Below are positions 47,382 to 60,289 of a DNA stretch of 64,000 nt, piece after piece. The DNA is from Azolla caroliniana (taxonomy: Eukaryota; Plantae; Polypodiophyta): NCBI GenBank assembly GCA_043228905.1, contig JBHGNT010000003.1, forward strand, positions 6,882,001-6,946,000, read 5' to 3'. Each line of letters starts with the position of its first letter. Within the stretch, counting starts at the first letter, position 1. A program made the translations under genes and the position numbers. The notes under the pieces were generated by a model. It had not been told where the DNA came from. It did not search any database and worked only from the letters and a program-made list of their open reading frames with translations.

Positions 47382-50300
47382 TTCACAAATTTTGAAGGGT
47401 AATTCTTATAAGGAAGGAGATTATTACATTGTAGATACCTTGATAACTATGTGTTATGTTCAAATTGATATATTAATGTTCACATCTAAAGTTTGACAAT
47501 TTATGAATATCGTCTACATTTTAGGAGTTGTGGATTTATCAAAATTGTTTATGAATATTGTCTACATTTCTTGAGTTGTGAATTTATAGATGATGACATT
47601 AAGGATTGCAATATTACCTTTTATACTTAAAACATTTTCAAGTCTAACAATAGATGTAACCTTAATCTTCTCAAGACAGTGAAACCATTAATCTTAACTT
47701 GTGCCTTGAGTTGACCATAATTGTGATTTTCTTTAAGTTAACTACATTTCATATCTGCAAACCATCAACATTTAAACATTATCCCTAAACTATTCAATTT
47801 TAGAAATTATCATTTTGAAATTTGTTAAATCTCAAAAAATTAGCAAAATTTACATGCTATTTAAAACATGTGATACTAGTGTATCAAGTTTTTGGAAATT
47901 GTCTAAAATCGCAAGATTATAAAAGGAATCTATAAGTGGAATGTGCAATCCTTCCACTTGTGAATGCAAAGGTGTTTATATACGAATTAAGAAAACCTTA
48001 CGTGGGCAAAATAGATGTGCTCATGATTCAAGAACATCATTTAGGGGAACGACATCTCTTAAGATATGGAAATCTTCTCCCTGGGAGGTGGCAACACTTC
48101 TAGTTGCCAACCTTTGGTCCAAACGATATTCAAGGGGGTTTATGTATTGCAGTTTCACATATTTGGGCCCCACATGTAATTATGTCAGGATCATTATCTA
48201 ACAAAAGAGCACAATATATTGTTTTTGAAATAGGAGAGATTAAGTGGGGTTTGCTTAATCTTTATGCCCCAAATTCGGAGGCAGCAAGGACTCATTTTTG
48301 GAGTGGAACTTTATCAGAAATACCACAATAGATTGATCATTGGGCATTAGTTGGCAATTTTAATATGATAGATGATGTGCAAGATAGGCAAGGTGGTAGT
48401 TTACGCACTATCTCTAGATCAGAACTTAGGGCGTGGGAAAGATTATGTATGTCACATCGTTTGGTTGACCTTTGGTCAGTTCCTTCCTTTAATAGATTAC
48501 CAGAATCCTTATCTTTTTAAAGATCTGATAGACGCTTTGCAGGGGTCAACCTTTCTCGTTTGGATAGGTTTTATGGGGATGTTTTTATGTGGAGTAGAAG
48601 TGGTCAATTAGGAATTACGATTGGTTTTTCTTTCTCTGATCACTCTCCTCTAAAATTAAATTTCTTTTTATCATCGGTAAGAAGGACTCATAGATTTAGA
48701 ATTCCTATCTATGTTGTTTTTAGAGAAGATTGTAAATATTCTGTTCAAAGTATTTGGTCTTGACATGTTTATGATAAGGATGTTGTCTTATCTAATATGG
48801 TACATGTCTTAAAGGAAATTCAGGAAGTATTCTAGCATAAGGCAAAAGCTTTGTACCTTGAGTACGATTCCAAGATTGGAAGATATAAACAAGCTTTGAC
48901 AGCATTACAACATTTGCAGGAAAAGTGGCCTCAGTCCGTAGATTTAGCCAAAAGAGCTATTAATGTCCGGAAAATGATTGTAGATTTACAATTGCAAAGG
49001 TCGGAGTTTTGGTATCATAAATCCTTTGCAAGATGGAGTAGACAAGCTAATACAGTTTGTAAACAGTTCTTTCATCCTCATCAAATTAAAACTTATAAGC
49101 CTCATCCGACAAGCACGAGGCATTTTGATGGATCTTTTACATCGGATGTTGTAGAGATGAGGGATATAGCTTCATCTTTTTATCATAATTTGTTGACTAC
49201 AGCTCCTCTATCAAGAAATAGTTTGATTAAGAGGGAGTATGTTTGGGCTTTGATCTCTAATCGAGTTTTGCTTCAAATGCAAACTATTTTGCTTGCTCCA
49301 TTACAACCTTCGGAGGTTCTTAGAGCAGCTAAGGCATTAGGTAAGGATGTTTGTCCAGGTAGTGATGGGATGGGGGTTTCATGGTATATAGAGTATTGGG
49401 ATATGATTGGTAATGCATTGACTTCTGCATACCAATAAATTCTTGATCAAGGATTTATGCCTCAGGAGTGGACAGAGGGCCTAATATATTTGATTCCGAA
49501 GGGGGATGGCCCTTTGCATGATATTCGAAAATGGAGGCCTATAACATTACTTAATGTTGTGTATAAGATTTTAGCTAAAACAATAGCAAGGAGATTACAA
49601 CCGTTTTTACCTCAACTAATTCATGATTCGTAGACAGGTTTTGTTCAAGAAAGAAGTATTTTTGATAATATTTTTTTGTTTTGGGAAATGGTGGCTACTA
49701 CAGAACAGCAACAACAAGATTTAGCTATTCTGTTTTTAGATTTTGAGAAGGCTTATGACAGAGTGGATTGGGATTTTATGGACGGGACATTATTGCGTAT
49801 GGGCTTTCCAATGCAATGGATTAGGGTGGTGGCAGCATTGTATAGGACCGCTCATAGTTCTCTTTTGTTTGCAGGTGATGTTGGTGGTAGATTTTCACTT
49901 TCGTGATCAGTAAGACAAGGGTGTCAACTTGCTCCTTTTTTGTTTATTTTAGTTTCTAAAGCCTTCTCTGATTTTCTTAGGAGTAGGAATGTCGACATCC
50001 GTGGTATAGCTTTACCTATACAAGGATATGCAGCCTCCGCTATTGATTCAGAATTTGTTGATGACACCGCTTTATATGTTTCCGCAGATGAGGGGAACTT
50101 GTTGAACCTTCAACAAGTGTTATCCGATTTTTGTGATGCTTCAGGAGCTTTGATCAATTGGGAAAAATCCATGGGAATTTCGGTTGCGTCGTCTTCTCCC
50201 CCACAAGATGTGCCATCTCCAGGCTTTATTTGGGTACCTCGAGGTACAGTTGTAAGGTATTTGGGTTGTCAAGTGGGGATAGATTTGTCTGTAGAAGAGA

Positions 50301-52499
50301 TGGTAACATCCCTTTAGTACGGGTTAGAAATAAACTGTTGTATTGGGATAATACTAAGTTATCTCTACTAGGGAGGGTGATTGTGGCAAACTCGGTTTTG
50401 CTTGCATCAATGTGGTATGTTGCATCAACATGGCTATTTTCACGATCTATTATATTAAAACTACAATGCTTAGTTCGTAATTTTATTTGGGGTGCCCCTT
50501 TGGGATCAAGGGTTGTTGCAAAAGTTGCTTGGTCAGTTTTAATCCGACCAATACATGAAGGTCGACTTGGCTTAATAGATCCTTTGCTCCAAAGTAAGGC
50601 CCTTCTCGCAAAGCATGTTCTGAGAGGATTTATGCCCGGGAATGAGTTGTGGAAAAAGTTATGGTTGTTATCTCTTCGCAATACTAAACCTACAATAGGA
50701 GGACAATGGCAAGATAGTTTTCGATGGTTGTTTAACTTTGAATTTCCTATTAAGGCTCATAATGTTGGTTCTATGAGATTCTTTACAAGTATTTTGAGGG
50801 CATGGAAGGACATTAGAGAGGCTCTCCTATTTCAATTGGCAACAACGGAAGCCCAATTTTTAAGGCAACCATTGTTATGGAATCCTTTATTTACTAATAG
50901 CTCTAGCTATATTTTAGGAATTAGACCGCATTTATCATGGGGAAAAATGGACTCATGACCAGCTACCTTTGTGGCTTCTTGGGAGTGGTTTCAAATGCTC
51001 TCAGAGAATGATAAAAAACAATTCTTATCGTCCTTGCGTGGGGTTTTTTTTATGTTTGAGTAGATTCAGCAAGCTTTTCAGAATAGTCAAAGGCAACTTA
51101 ATTTCGCTAATACTTATACATGATATGGTCTTTTCTCTTTGTTGGGTGTTTTAATAGGTGCTCGAGCTTATGCTAATCAGGGTCAAATAAGATTTTATGA
51201 AGTTAGCGATGATGGTCTTTTATCTTTAGTGGATGAAGAAGCTAAAGTTATGCAGCTAGCCTCCAAAAAACCCATTAGGGTTATTGCTTGGTTAGATAAG
51301 AAGATTTTCTTAGATCCGAGCCCTTTTTTGGCGGATCATGCAATACAAATATACATATTCCAAAGTAAGCCAGTGGCACATCTAAAGTAGGACCCAACTG
51401 ATTATGCATGGCGTTTTGTTGGTTGTTCCTCAACAAATGAACAAGTGAGTAGGATTCTCCCGTTTTTCCAATACTCTGTGGCATATGGGAGACAATTTTT
51501 GATGCAACGGCAATGTGTAAATCCTGCTGCACAAAAGCATTGGGAGTCAGGTGCTATATCGCATCAATATATGGGGACATTTTGGAAACCTTTATGGGCT
51601 TTACAATGTATGCGGAGAGCAATTTCTTTTAAGTGGTTAATGATTCATTATGCTTTACCTGTAGGTTTTCATTTAAAAGGGCAAGTCGATGATCGTCGTT
51701 GTGTGTGTTGCCAAGTATAGGAGGAAACTTTTAAACATTTATTTTGGACTTGTAATGTAGCTTGAAAGTATTGGGGAAGAATATTGAGGATGTTTTCTTG
51801 TAAATATAAGGGAGCAATGTTTACATGGGAGGCTGTTTTCTAGGGGTCTTTGAATGTGCAGGTATCTTTGTATGAGGCAGAGCAACGTGCCGAAGCATTA
51901 CGTATGTTAGAGAGTACAATTTGATGCAATCCGTCCTAACATTGTTGGTGGTAAATATTTTAAAAATTCTTTTGTTTGGAATATTGTCTCAATTAATGCT
52001 TTATGGGTATCATGGTGGAAATGTCGTTGCAGCAAGAAATATGAAGGCATTGACTACAATGTTGTCGATATGATTAAGATGTTTTGGGACAACTTGGTGC
52101 ACACGGTTAAGGGAGAGTATGATAGTATTAAAGGAACGCCGGAAAAGGTGCATAAGAAAAGGCAAAAACTTCGTAAAATATGGCGGCCAATACCTCTCTG
52201 GCTAGATGAATCACATGAAGATCGTTGGAATTATACTCCACCACGTTGGCTATTCCCTCCTCCTAGTCCTTTCTTATTTCAAACATAGTTGTGAGGAATG
52301 ACATAGAGAGGCGGATGTGATAGGGGCAGGCATGTGGAGTGATGGGGGTGAGATGGTGAATGAGGAAAATGAAGCATCTTCTAATTTTGGAAAATGATGA
52401 GGGATGAAGATGTTGAGGGCTACAACCGATTTAATGAACAAAGAGGAGAGTGGTGTCACTTTGACTGAAAGGGAGAATTACTTATGAGTTTAGTAATTT

Positions 52500-52780
52500 T
52501 CAAATTTGGAGTCTGTTTTACTCTTTTCTTTGTTAGGTGGATTGAATGAAGAAGATTTTAGGTTTCTCACTACGAGGACTGATGATGATGGGAAATAGTC
52601 TACATTCATTTTGTTGTTGTTTATACAGGAATTCGGCGAGATGGTTGATGTGGACTGAATGAAGAATTTTTTGTCATAAGGCGGACTTGATATGGTGTGT
52701 GGGTCGAAGCATTATTTGTTTAGTGGTGATGAGGGTACTATAATATCATTTTGTTCATATACAACATCGTTTGGGAGATT

Positions 52781-52812
<32 letters not shown>

Positions 52813-53420
52813 CATTAGGGTGAGGAATAATGATGGTAGAGGTTGAAGCATATTGCTATCATGAGAGGATGAGTGATGATGGTGTGGAGAACAAAGCAGA
52901 TCATGAGGAGAGGAGGAAATATTGTGGACTCATTTTGTTGTTATTTGTACAGGAATTCGATGGTAATCGGCGAGATGGTGATGTGGACTGAATGAAGAAA
53001 TTCTTTCTGTAAGGATGAGTGAAGATGGCGGGGGGGTCGAAGCCGGCTATCATGAGTAGGTGAGGAAACTTTTAGACTAATTTTCTGTTGTTAATACAGG
53101 ATTTTCGTGGCCATTGGCGAGATGCCAAGATGGTCGGCTCATTAAGATGTTGATGTGGACTGAATGAAGAACATTTTAGGTTTTTTCATTATGATGTGTG
53201 TTGATGGTGCGGCAATAGGGATTGAAGCATAATAATATGATGAGAGGATGAGTCACGACGGTGTGGGAGCCGAAGTAGACCATGAGGGAGGAGGAAATAG
53301 TTTACATTTATTTCGTTTTTAGTTGTACAGGAACTTGGCGTGATTGGCGAGATGGTTGATGTGGACTGAATGAAGAATTTTTTGCTATAAGGATGAGTGA
53401 AGAAGGTGTAGGGGTTGAAG
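52500..53420 (+). repeat. Degenerate tandem repeats downstream of LINE ORF2
   Basis: Recurring GGCGAGATGGTTGATGTGGACTGAATGAAGAA core at ~52635, 52968, 53150, 53347. Confidence 0.7.
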
Positions 53421-53479
53421 CATATTTTCTTGAGGGTCATTGAGAGCTGGGTATATTATTCATGAACATGTGGTTTGAG

Positions 53480-53720
53480 ATGAGATTGAAAAATATATTA
53501 TGGTCAGTAATTTACTCATCGATATGTATGGCAAAGGTGGTGCTTTGGAAGAAACTCCATCAACATTTGAAGATATGTGTGAGATGACTGTAGTCTCATG
53601 GAATACTTTAAGTGAAGCATATTACAGCAACAATCAAGGGGAAGAAGAGGAAGCATTTCATCTTTTTATTGAATTGCAGCATGAACTTGTAATGCCATAT
53701 GTGGTCACTTTCATATTCTT
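53480..53720 (+). pseudogene. PLS-class pentatricopeptide repeat (PPR) gene fragment
   Basis: VSNLLIDMYGKGGALEE…FEDM…VVSWNTL…EEAFHLF…PYVVTFI matches plant PPR S/P motif consensus. Confidence 0.8.
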
Positions 53721-53814
53721 TGAGAAGGAGAATACAAAACCTCTTGTAGTGAACTTTCTGGGTGATTTAACTGTGTGTACAAATCTCACTTCATTAGATG
53801 GTTGTTTCAGCTTT

Positions 53815-54215
53815 TCGGATGATTTGGAAACACTTGAAAAGGTTGTTAAATCTTCTTGGATACATAAGTCATAAGGATTTGTTTGCAGATTTCTAAAGGA
53901 AGAAGCTTTATCGGAGGCTTCTATTTGACAAAAGTGCAAATGATGATCATGAAGCAAAGCTGAAGCAACAATGTGGAGGTCAATTTACCTCCAAAATAGC
54001 TATTGGAAAAGAAGCATTCAAGATGCCATGCATTCAGGATTAGACCAAACATTTGTACGGAATGTGTTTGAATTGCAGAATAAATATTTGCAATAGGTGA
54101 GTAATGCTTTGTACATCATTCCCTTTTTCACAAGGCTCTAAAGGAAGCTTTTGAAGTATTTTGTAACAAAGGTGTTGTTGGAAGCATCAGCGTTGATCTA
54201 TTGGTTGTATTTTGT
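53815..54215 (+). pseudogene. CUL1: Cullin-1 fragments, intronless, frameshifted, in permuted order
   Basis: 53815-53998 reads [53 protein letters not shown]. 54030-54215 reads QTFVRNVFELQNKYL…[26 protein letters not shown]. Confidence 0.85.
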
Positions 54216-55540
54216 AGCAGATACGCTTTTTAAAACTAATGGAAGGATATCTTGTTTGGAAAAAAAAAGAAAAAAACGAAGTGAATGCAATAATATTTGG
54301 TAACCATATAAACCCTAAAACCCATATTTCCACAATTCAATTCTAGCGTACCTATTAGACTATGATTTTTGCGACATCCTCATAATATGTGACTCCAACG
54401 ACTTTGCCCTAAATCACAACCATATAAAAATGGTTAGTACTGATTTTTAAAAGAAGATAAATAATTGATTATATATATATATATATTATTAATATGAATT
54501 GGCAACTATCTAGATGAAGAGGGAACTGGTTGTTATTAGTTGATTTTGTGTTTTCTTGTTTCTGCAATGACTCCTTCTACATTCACAATTAGAATGCTCC
54601 ATTTGTTTGATTGTTGGTGCAAAACTCAGGATGATGAGGAGTATGTTGACATTAAAGGCTTGGACATGAGTTCACAAAACCCCATGTTTCACTATGTGTA
54701 CCCAAATTACAAAAATTGGGAATTCCCATATTCCACTCCACATAATATTTAATGATGTGTATGTTTAAGATTTGCCCACTAAATAATGGCTAAAACTATA
54801 GCTCATTACTGTGAAGTTAGTTTTTTTTCTTAAGAAAAGACTATGGAAAATATGTTGAATGTTAAGATGTCTAAGAATAAAGCGCAATATGAAAGCGTCA
54901 AGTATTAAAGGAAGAAGGAATTTGAAGGGATATAAAGTTAGAGGCATTTTTCAAAATTAAAAAAAAGTAGAAAAAAGCAAGGCGTGGATATGAAGATTTA
55001 GGCAGAGAAAAAAACTCATAACTTCTTCACTCGATATCCAAATTTCAAAAGAAAATATTCATAAAAAATTTAACAACAAGAGCTTTCCAAAAATATCTTG
55101 TATAATGAATTTGGAAATACAAAGGAGAAATAGTGATATAAAAAAAGCGTCTCACATAGACTTTAGTTTTTTTTTTTTTTTTTAAAGCAAGAATAATACA
55201 ACCAAAAACCTATAAATAAAAGGGGATTCTTCGCCATAAAAAGACTGGATGACAAGAGGAGAGAAGAGGCATAGTAGAAGAAAGAAGGAGATGAAGGAAG
55301 AACTTTTATGAGCTTGGGTGATTGGAAATCAAGTCGTACTTTGGTTTTGCGCTTATATTTGGAGTCTATCCAATTTGTATTGTTTCTATAATGGAATATT
55401 GTAGCATTGTTTTCTCTTCTCTACCTTTTCTCTATATCTCTTCATCAATTACCTATGGCCTTTTTAGCTACATGTTAGCTATAATAGTTTTTCCATTCCC
55501 ATGCTTTCACCCAATACTCGTCCTTCGAAGAAGGGGATAG

Positions 55541-55740
55541 TGACATGATATCGCCCAAAAATGTTTTCAACTCGAAACCTTACGATACATGTATCAAAAC
55601 CTTACCATTAAGAGAATTACTATATAATACATAAATATATTATTTTCATTTATTATTTCACCTTGGTTCTCGAATTTTTCGAATTTTTATTTTTGATTCT
55701 TCCTTACTAATTTATGATTCTAAATACACATGTCCTAACA
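55541..55740 (+). mobile_element. Highly decayed fragment of chromovirus-type LTR
   Basis: TGACATGATATCG…ACCTTACGATACATG…TTACCATTA…ATATTATTTTCATTTA resembles the start of LTR 10725-11143. Confidence 0.4.
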
Positions 55741-56481
55741 GATCGGAGGTAACATGTATTAATTTTTTATTTCAAGTGGCTCGTTCCTCCCTATCCTAAG
55801 GTGCTAAACTTTGCCAAGTTTTGGGAGACAAAGGAGGACTTCAACCACATATATGGTATGTCACTATAGGGTATTGACCCTGTTGTGCTAACCGATAAAT
55901 TGATTAGTGATATAGATTGGTTATCAGTCTATAAAGTGCCCAGAGTGAAAGGTAAGGTGAAACTGAAGCATGTACGACCGGAGTTATATGACGACTACAT
56001 GAGGCTCCACCAAAAAGTACATCAAGAGATCCCGATCAACAATGAATTGTCAGGTGCATTCGCTAGAGCCTTCACCTACGAGTATTGCAAAACAACAAAG
56101 GAAGCAACTAACCCTGAAATGTAAAGGATAGCTTGGTTTCTTACAAGTGAGGCTTCGATAGAATGATGCCGGAAGATGGGGAACTTGCAACAAAAGATGG
56201 CGTGATTCTGGAGCATGGCAGTTGATGATGCAACTGTTGACTCTCAGCAAAACCGCAAGGAGACACCACACAGAAACTGCATGAAAGCAAATGTCAATGA
56301 TACAGGTGAGACATTGATTAGTGATATGATGAAAAATGTTCATGAAGCATGTGAGACATTGGAAGCAACAAAGTCTACCTTAGAGAAAGCAACTTTAGCT
56401 GCTGCGATGGGAAAGCAAGGTCACGTTGGCAATTACAGCAATTAGAAACAAGATTCAAGTAGCTATTTTTTTGCTAGTATG

Positions 56482-58580
56482 TTATAAATAACTTGTACAT
56501 GAAAATGTGCTCAATGAGGCATTTTCTGGAACAGGAATAAAAACCAGTTGCACTCGTTGACATATTAGTTCTAAAAAATCGATTACATGTGTTGCACAAT
56601 TCATATGCACATTGCCTTCCTTTAGTTGTTTATGGGTAAGTGCCCGCTTTATAACTGCACCTGCTCCATCATGTTCACCTTTACCATGGCCGACCCAAAA
56701 AATTTCCATCTCATATCCAAACCTGGTTTAGAAGGATACCTCCCAACAAAATAAAATGGTCTTCTAGCCTTGAATTGTGATGTAGCTCCATCAGACCAAA
56801 CCCAATGTTGAGTAGGCTCCAAATGTTGACTTAATAACCATTGCCAATGTAACTTAAAACAGTGTTGGACAAACAAGGTATCATGCTTCTTATCATCAAA
56901 AATAAAAAAATGAATTACTTTCTTAACATCACCTGAAGCTCGAAAATATGTTATGTGCACGAAAATGGTTACTTGCACTGAACACCAATGCATGGATTGA
57001 ACTTCATTGTTTTGCTTGAAAGTATAATTCTCTACGAAATCTACTACAGAGACTACTACATCATTTGGAAAATCAGATATGCAAGTCCTAAACTTATGGG
57101 TCTGCCATGAATAAATGAAGTTGTGTTTAATGAACTTTCCTAGAGATACTACGAATAGAGACACCAAATCCCTTGGTTTAAGCAACTTCCTAACTAGATC
57201 CTTTCTTCTTATCCTTCCATTAGTTTTTAGAAAAGTCATAACAATTGCAACATACAAAATATTTTTTCCCAACTCATCTTTATAAGACAATGGTTAAGGA
57301 AACAAATCTATGTACTTCAAAGTAGAGGAAAAACTAATCTCCATAATAAATGATACGTATCTTTAAGATCTTCCTACTAAAAATTAGCTATAAAAAAAAC
57401 TATTTAGCTGTGGTCATTTTAGCAGCTAAATAGCTATAATAGTGTTTCCATTCGCATGCTTTCACCCAATTAGCTTTGGCCGGTAGCTAGTTAGCTATTA
57501 ACAATGGCTAGCTAGCTATGATAATATTTTGATGTAGCTAATTAGCTATGATCATATTCTGATGTAGCTAATTAGCTTTGGCCAGTAGCTAGTTAGCTAT
57601 TACTAGTTGCTAGTTAGCTATTGCCATCCGGTTTAAGCTAATTAGCTATGATCATATTTTGATGTAGCTAATTAGCTTAGACCCATAGCTAGTTAGTTAA
57701 TTAGCTATTGTCAATAGCTAGTTAGCTATTAACCTAATTAGCCTTGACTACGACTGAATGTAGCTAATCAATTATGTCCTGATGTAGATAAAAGCTTAGG
57801 CCACTATTTATTGCAGCTAATTAGCTAATGATTGTAATCTCAATAGTGCATGGACTTGTGACAATAATCTTAATAATCAAAACAGATGATGAAATAAATG
57901 TAAATACCTGAGGTACATCAAGAAGATGAACGGGATGCTCCTCGTATTGATTCATTCCAACACATTTCCTACACAAATCCTTCTTATTGGGTGAAACCCT
58001 ACTCTCATTAGTCCAAAATATGGTGATGATATCCTTGTTTTCTAATGTTATGGGTGTCACTGGCTTACATCTTGTGGTTAGCTTTTGCCTACTAGTTCCT
58101 TCACCACCTGAAATTAACCGGTTCATTGTATTGTACACACTTTTTCTACTAACACCAATTTTCTTAGATAGCACATTGATGTTAAGATCGTCCACATCAC
58201 TGTTAAGTAACATCATTAGACTATACCTTTTTAAGACAAGATCATTTTTTGACCTGCTCATAGATACAAAACTATTACGGAGATTATTTACTAGTATAGA
58301 TGTTAGGTTTCAATTCAAACCATCAAAATCAACTAATTCTTTTAGTGATGGATCATTTAATATTCCATAAAGTATTACCTTCTTGTCTTCATTGCTGGTG
58401 TGCTTGTTCAAAACATTGAAATAGTCTACAACCTTCCTCTCTATGATAATAGTCTCATTACTTCCATTCTCAATGGCATTCAGACCTACATCACAACCAA
58501 TACTATCATTACCTTTAGTTGATATGTCTTTCTTATCCTTTACCATTTGATGATGTTTCCTTTTTTTTCTACCCAATACT
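56482..58580 (-). pseudogene. Sola-like (Sola2-type) DDD transposase remnant with probable AGCT-repeat-filled intron
   Basis: DFVENYTF…EVQSMHW…QVTIFVH…HDTLFVQH…WSDGATSQFK…W.FF/GHGKGEHDGAGAVIKR across ORFs 56649..57290 and 56482..56709. Upstream SRVSPNKKD in ORF 57821..58261, with a CAG|GTATTT donor near 57905. Confidence 0.72.
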
Positions 58581-58824
58581 TTCGTATCGCTTGTTGTGTA
58601 TTAATAGCCTAATCCCTATTCTGATGATCCATGAGGGCTGTTGATAAACACCCCCCTTCCCCTTACATCTGGCTTCACATATTCATTAGTAAATTGAAAA
58701 AAACGAGACATAAATGACTATACCACATGAAAACTGGTTATTGATATGAGTGATCCCACCGTTTGCCAAAGCACACAATGGTGGTAAGTGATTGTTTGTG
58801 GCGGCAGAGTGAACGCTACTCAGA

Positions 58825-59221
58825 CGTTGAGGATGCGCGGAAATGGTGCTCGGCCACAACCAAGTCTTAAACACTAAATGGAAGAACAAAACAAAAATGG
58901 ATATTAATACACTTACACATACAATAGAGAGGACACAGGATGTTAACGTGGAAAACCCTAATAGGGAAAAACCACAGGAACCCATAGACTCCAAACTATC
59001 ACTATATGAGAAAAGTACAATCAGAAACTTGGAGGCAATTAGTCATGGCTATATTTATACTGATGTAAATATGACTTTAGGACTAATTACAAATATAACC
59101 ATGACATGCACATTAGAAACATATTTATAGATATGTCCCTGGATCCGGTCCATACCAGATCCATTCGATCCAATTTCCAGATCTCATCCGGATCCCATCT
59201 GGAGGGACCGAATTCCCAACA
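58825..59221 (-). mobile_element. Older, internally deleted solo LTR of the young Copia family
   Basis: Shares CTCGGCCACAACCAAG, ACAGG..TTAACGTGGAAAACCCTA..GGGAAAAACCAC and GGAGGGACCGAATTCCCAACA with LTRs 4052-4663 and 1-639; no clear TSD. Confidence 0.72.
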
Positions 59222-60289
59222 GACAATTGCAACCATTGTCGGGAACAGTGGTGGCAAGTGTGCGAATGTGGTGGCAGTGATGACTATTTGCAACAATAAT
59301 ACACAAAATTATTCCGCAATACACAAGATTATACACAATATAATTAACAAACGAAGATGTAGATGCAATGGCTACCTAGCAATAGAGGAGCTACGTGTTT
59401 GAAAGTGGCAGTTTTAGAAGCTGCAAGTGGCTAACAACAATACTGACACCCAATAACACTAGGACATTTGAAACAGGTAATATGTCGTGTTCTCTTTTTT
59501 ACTTCTGGAGAGATGTTAAAAAATGGCTCATTTCAGCACAATTTTACGATGGTATGATACACGCATACATGGTTTCTTAAAACATACCAAAATTCTCAGC
59601 TAATTATTTCATGACAAGAAAGGCAATAGTTTCGTATTCCATTTGTCATGTTCTTTTATCCAATTTGGAGATAAGGAATCGAATTCCATGTAAGCTTAAT
59701 TGTATTAACCCTGATTTTACAAATTATAAAAATGGTACCCCACCAAACAAATTTTACAATGCGTAATTTATGTCTATTTATATAGATGTGTCTCTTAGTA
59801 CTAAATGCAATCCTCTGTTATTGATTTGTCTCAATATGTAGACCATTGGTCTCAACTTGTTGTCATGTTAAGAACTTTATTTTAGAAACAACATGATGTA
59901 ACTTTGTTTCGAACGAAGATGCATTACCATGGAAGAGGGGACCATTGGCAGTCCACGTATTTGGTTTTTTATTTGCATTTTTAAATTATGAGTGGAGTTT
60001 GCGGTTCCATGGAAAGATTGAATAATTCTCATACAATGAGTATTTCTTAACAAAAAACCATGGTGAAAACTATAGAAAATGGAGGTCTAACTACATAGAA
60101 AACTAGGGGAAATTTTGTATATTTTTAAATCTGATGCAATGATCGCATTTTTGTTGCAAATCCAACACTTACAACAAGAATCCATTGCACTTCATCATAT
60201 ATTAGATGTATAAAGTATAATCTCATGCGATGCATCGTGGTTCTAAGTCATGCTTCTTCTCTGTCTTTGTGTTATTGTGTCTGTAGCCA

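Larger units (their letters stand above)
40241..47976. mobile_element. Non-autonomous TIR/foldback DNA element inserted in LINE endonuclease
   Basis: Imperfect TIRs AACACGTTTGCGTTCACGAGTGGAAGGAT / ATCCTTCCACTTGTGAATGCAAAGGTGTT, with further inverted subterminal similarity (TTGATACTAGTATCACATGTTTT). Flanked by TATA (40237-40240, 47977-47980); removal restores RGAFIYELRK…IQEHH. Confidence 0.8.
33190..52800 (+). mobile_element. L1-clade LINE (ORF1 + ORF2), decayed, split by two large insertions
   Basis: ORF1 has a DUF4283-like segment (DIQFMGKGCYHLEF) and zinc knuckle CFICRNFGHLGKEC at 39376. ORF2 starts ATG 40160 (IISWNVQGL), with IQEHH, NLYAPN, SRLDRFY, SDH, PGSDG, WRPITLLN, LDFEKAYDRVDW, FVDD, YLG, CVCC…HLFWTC. 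(TA)n near 52780-52805; outer ends approximate. Confidence 0.88.
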
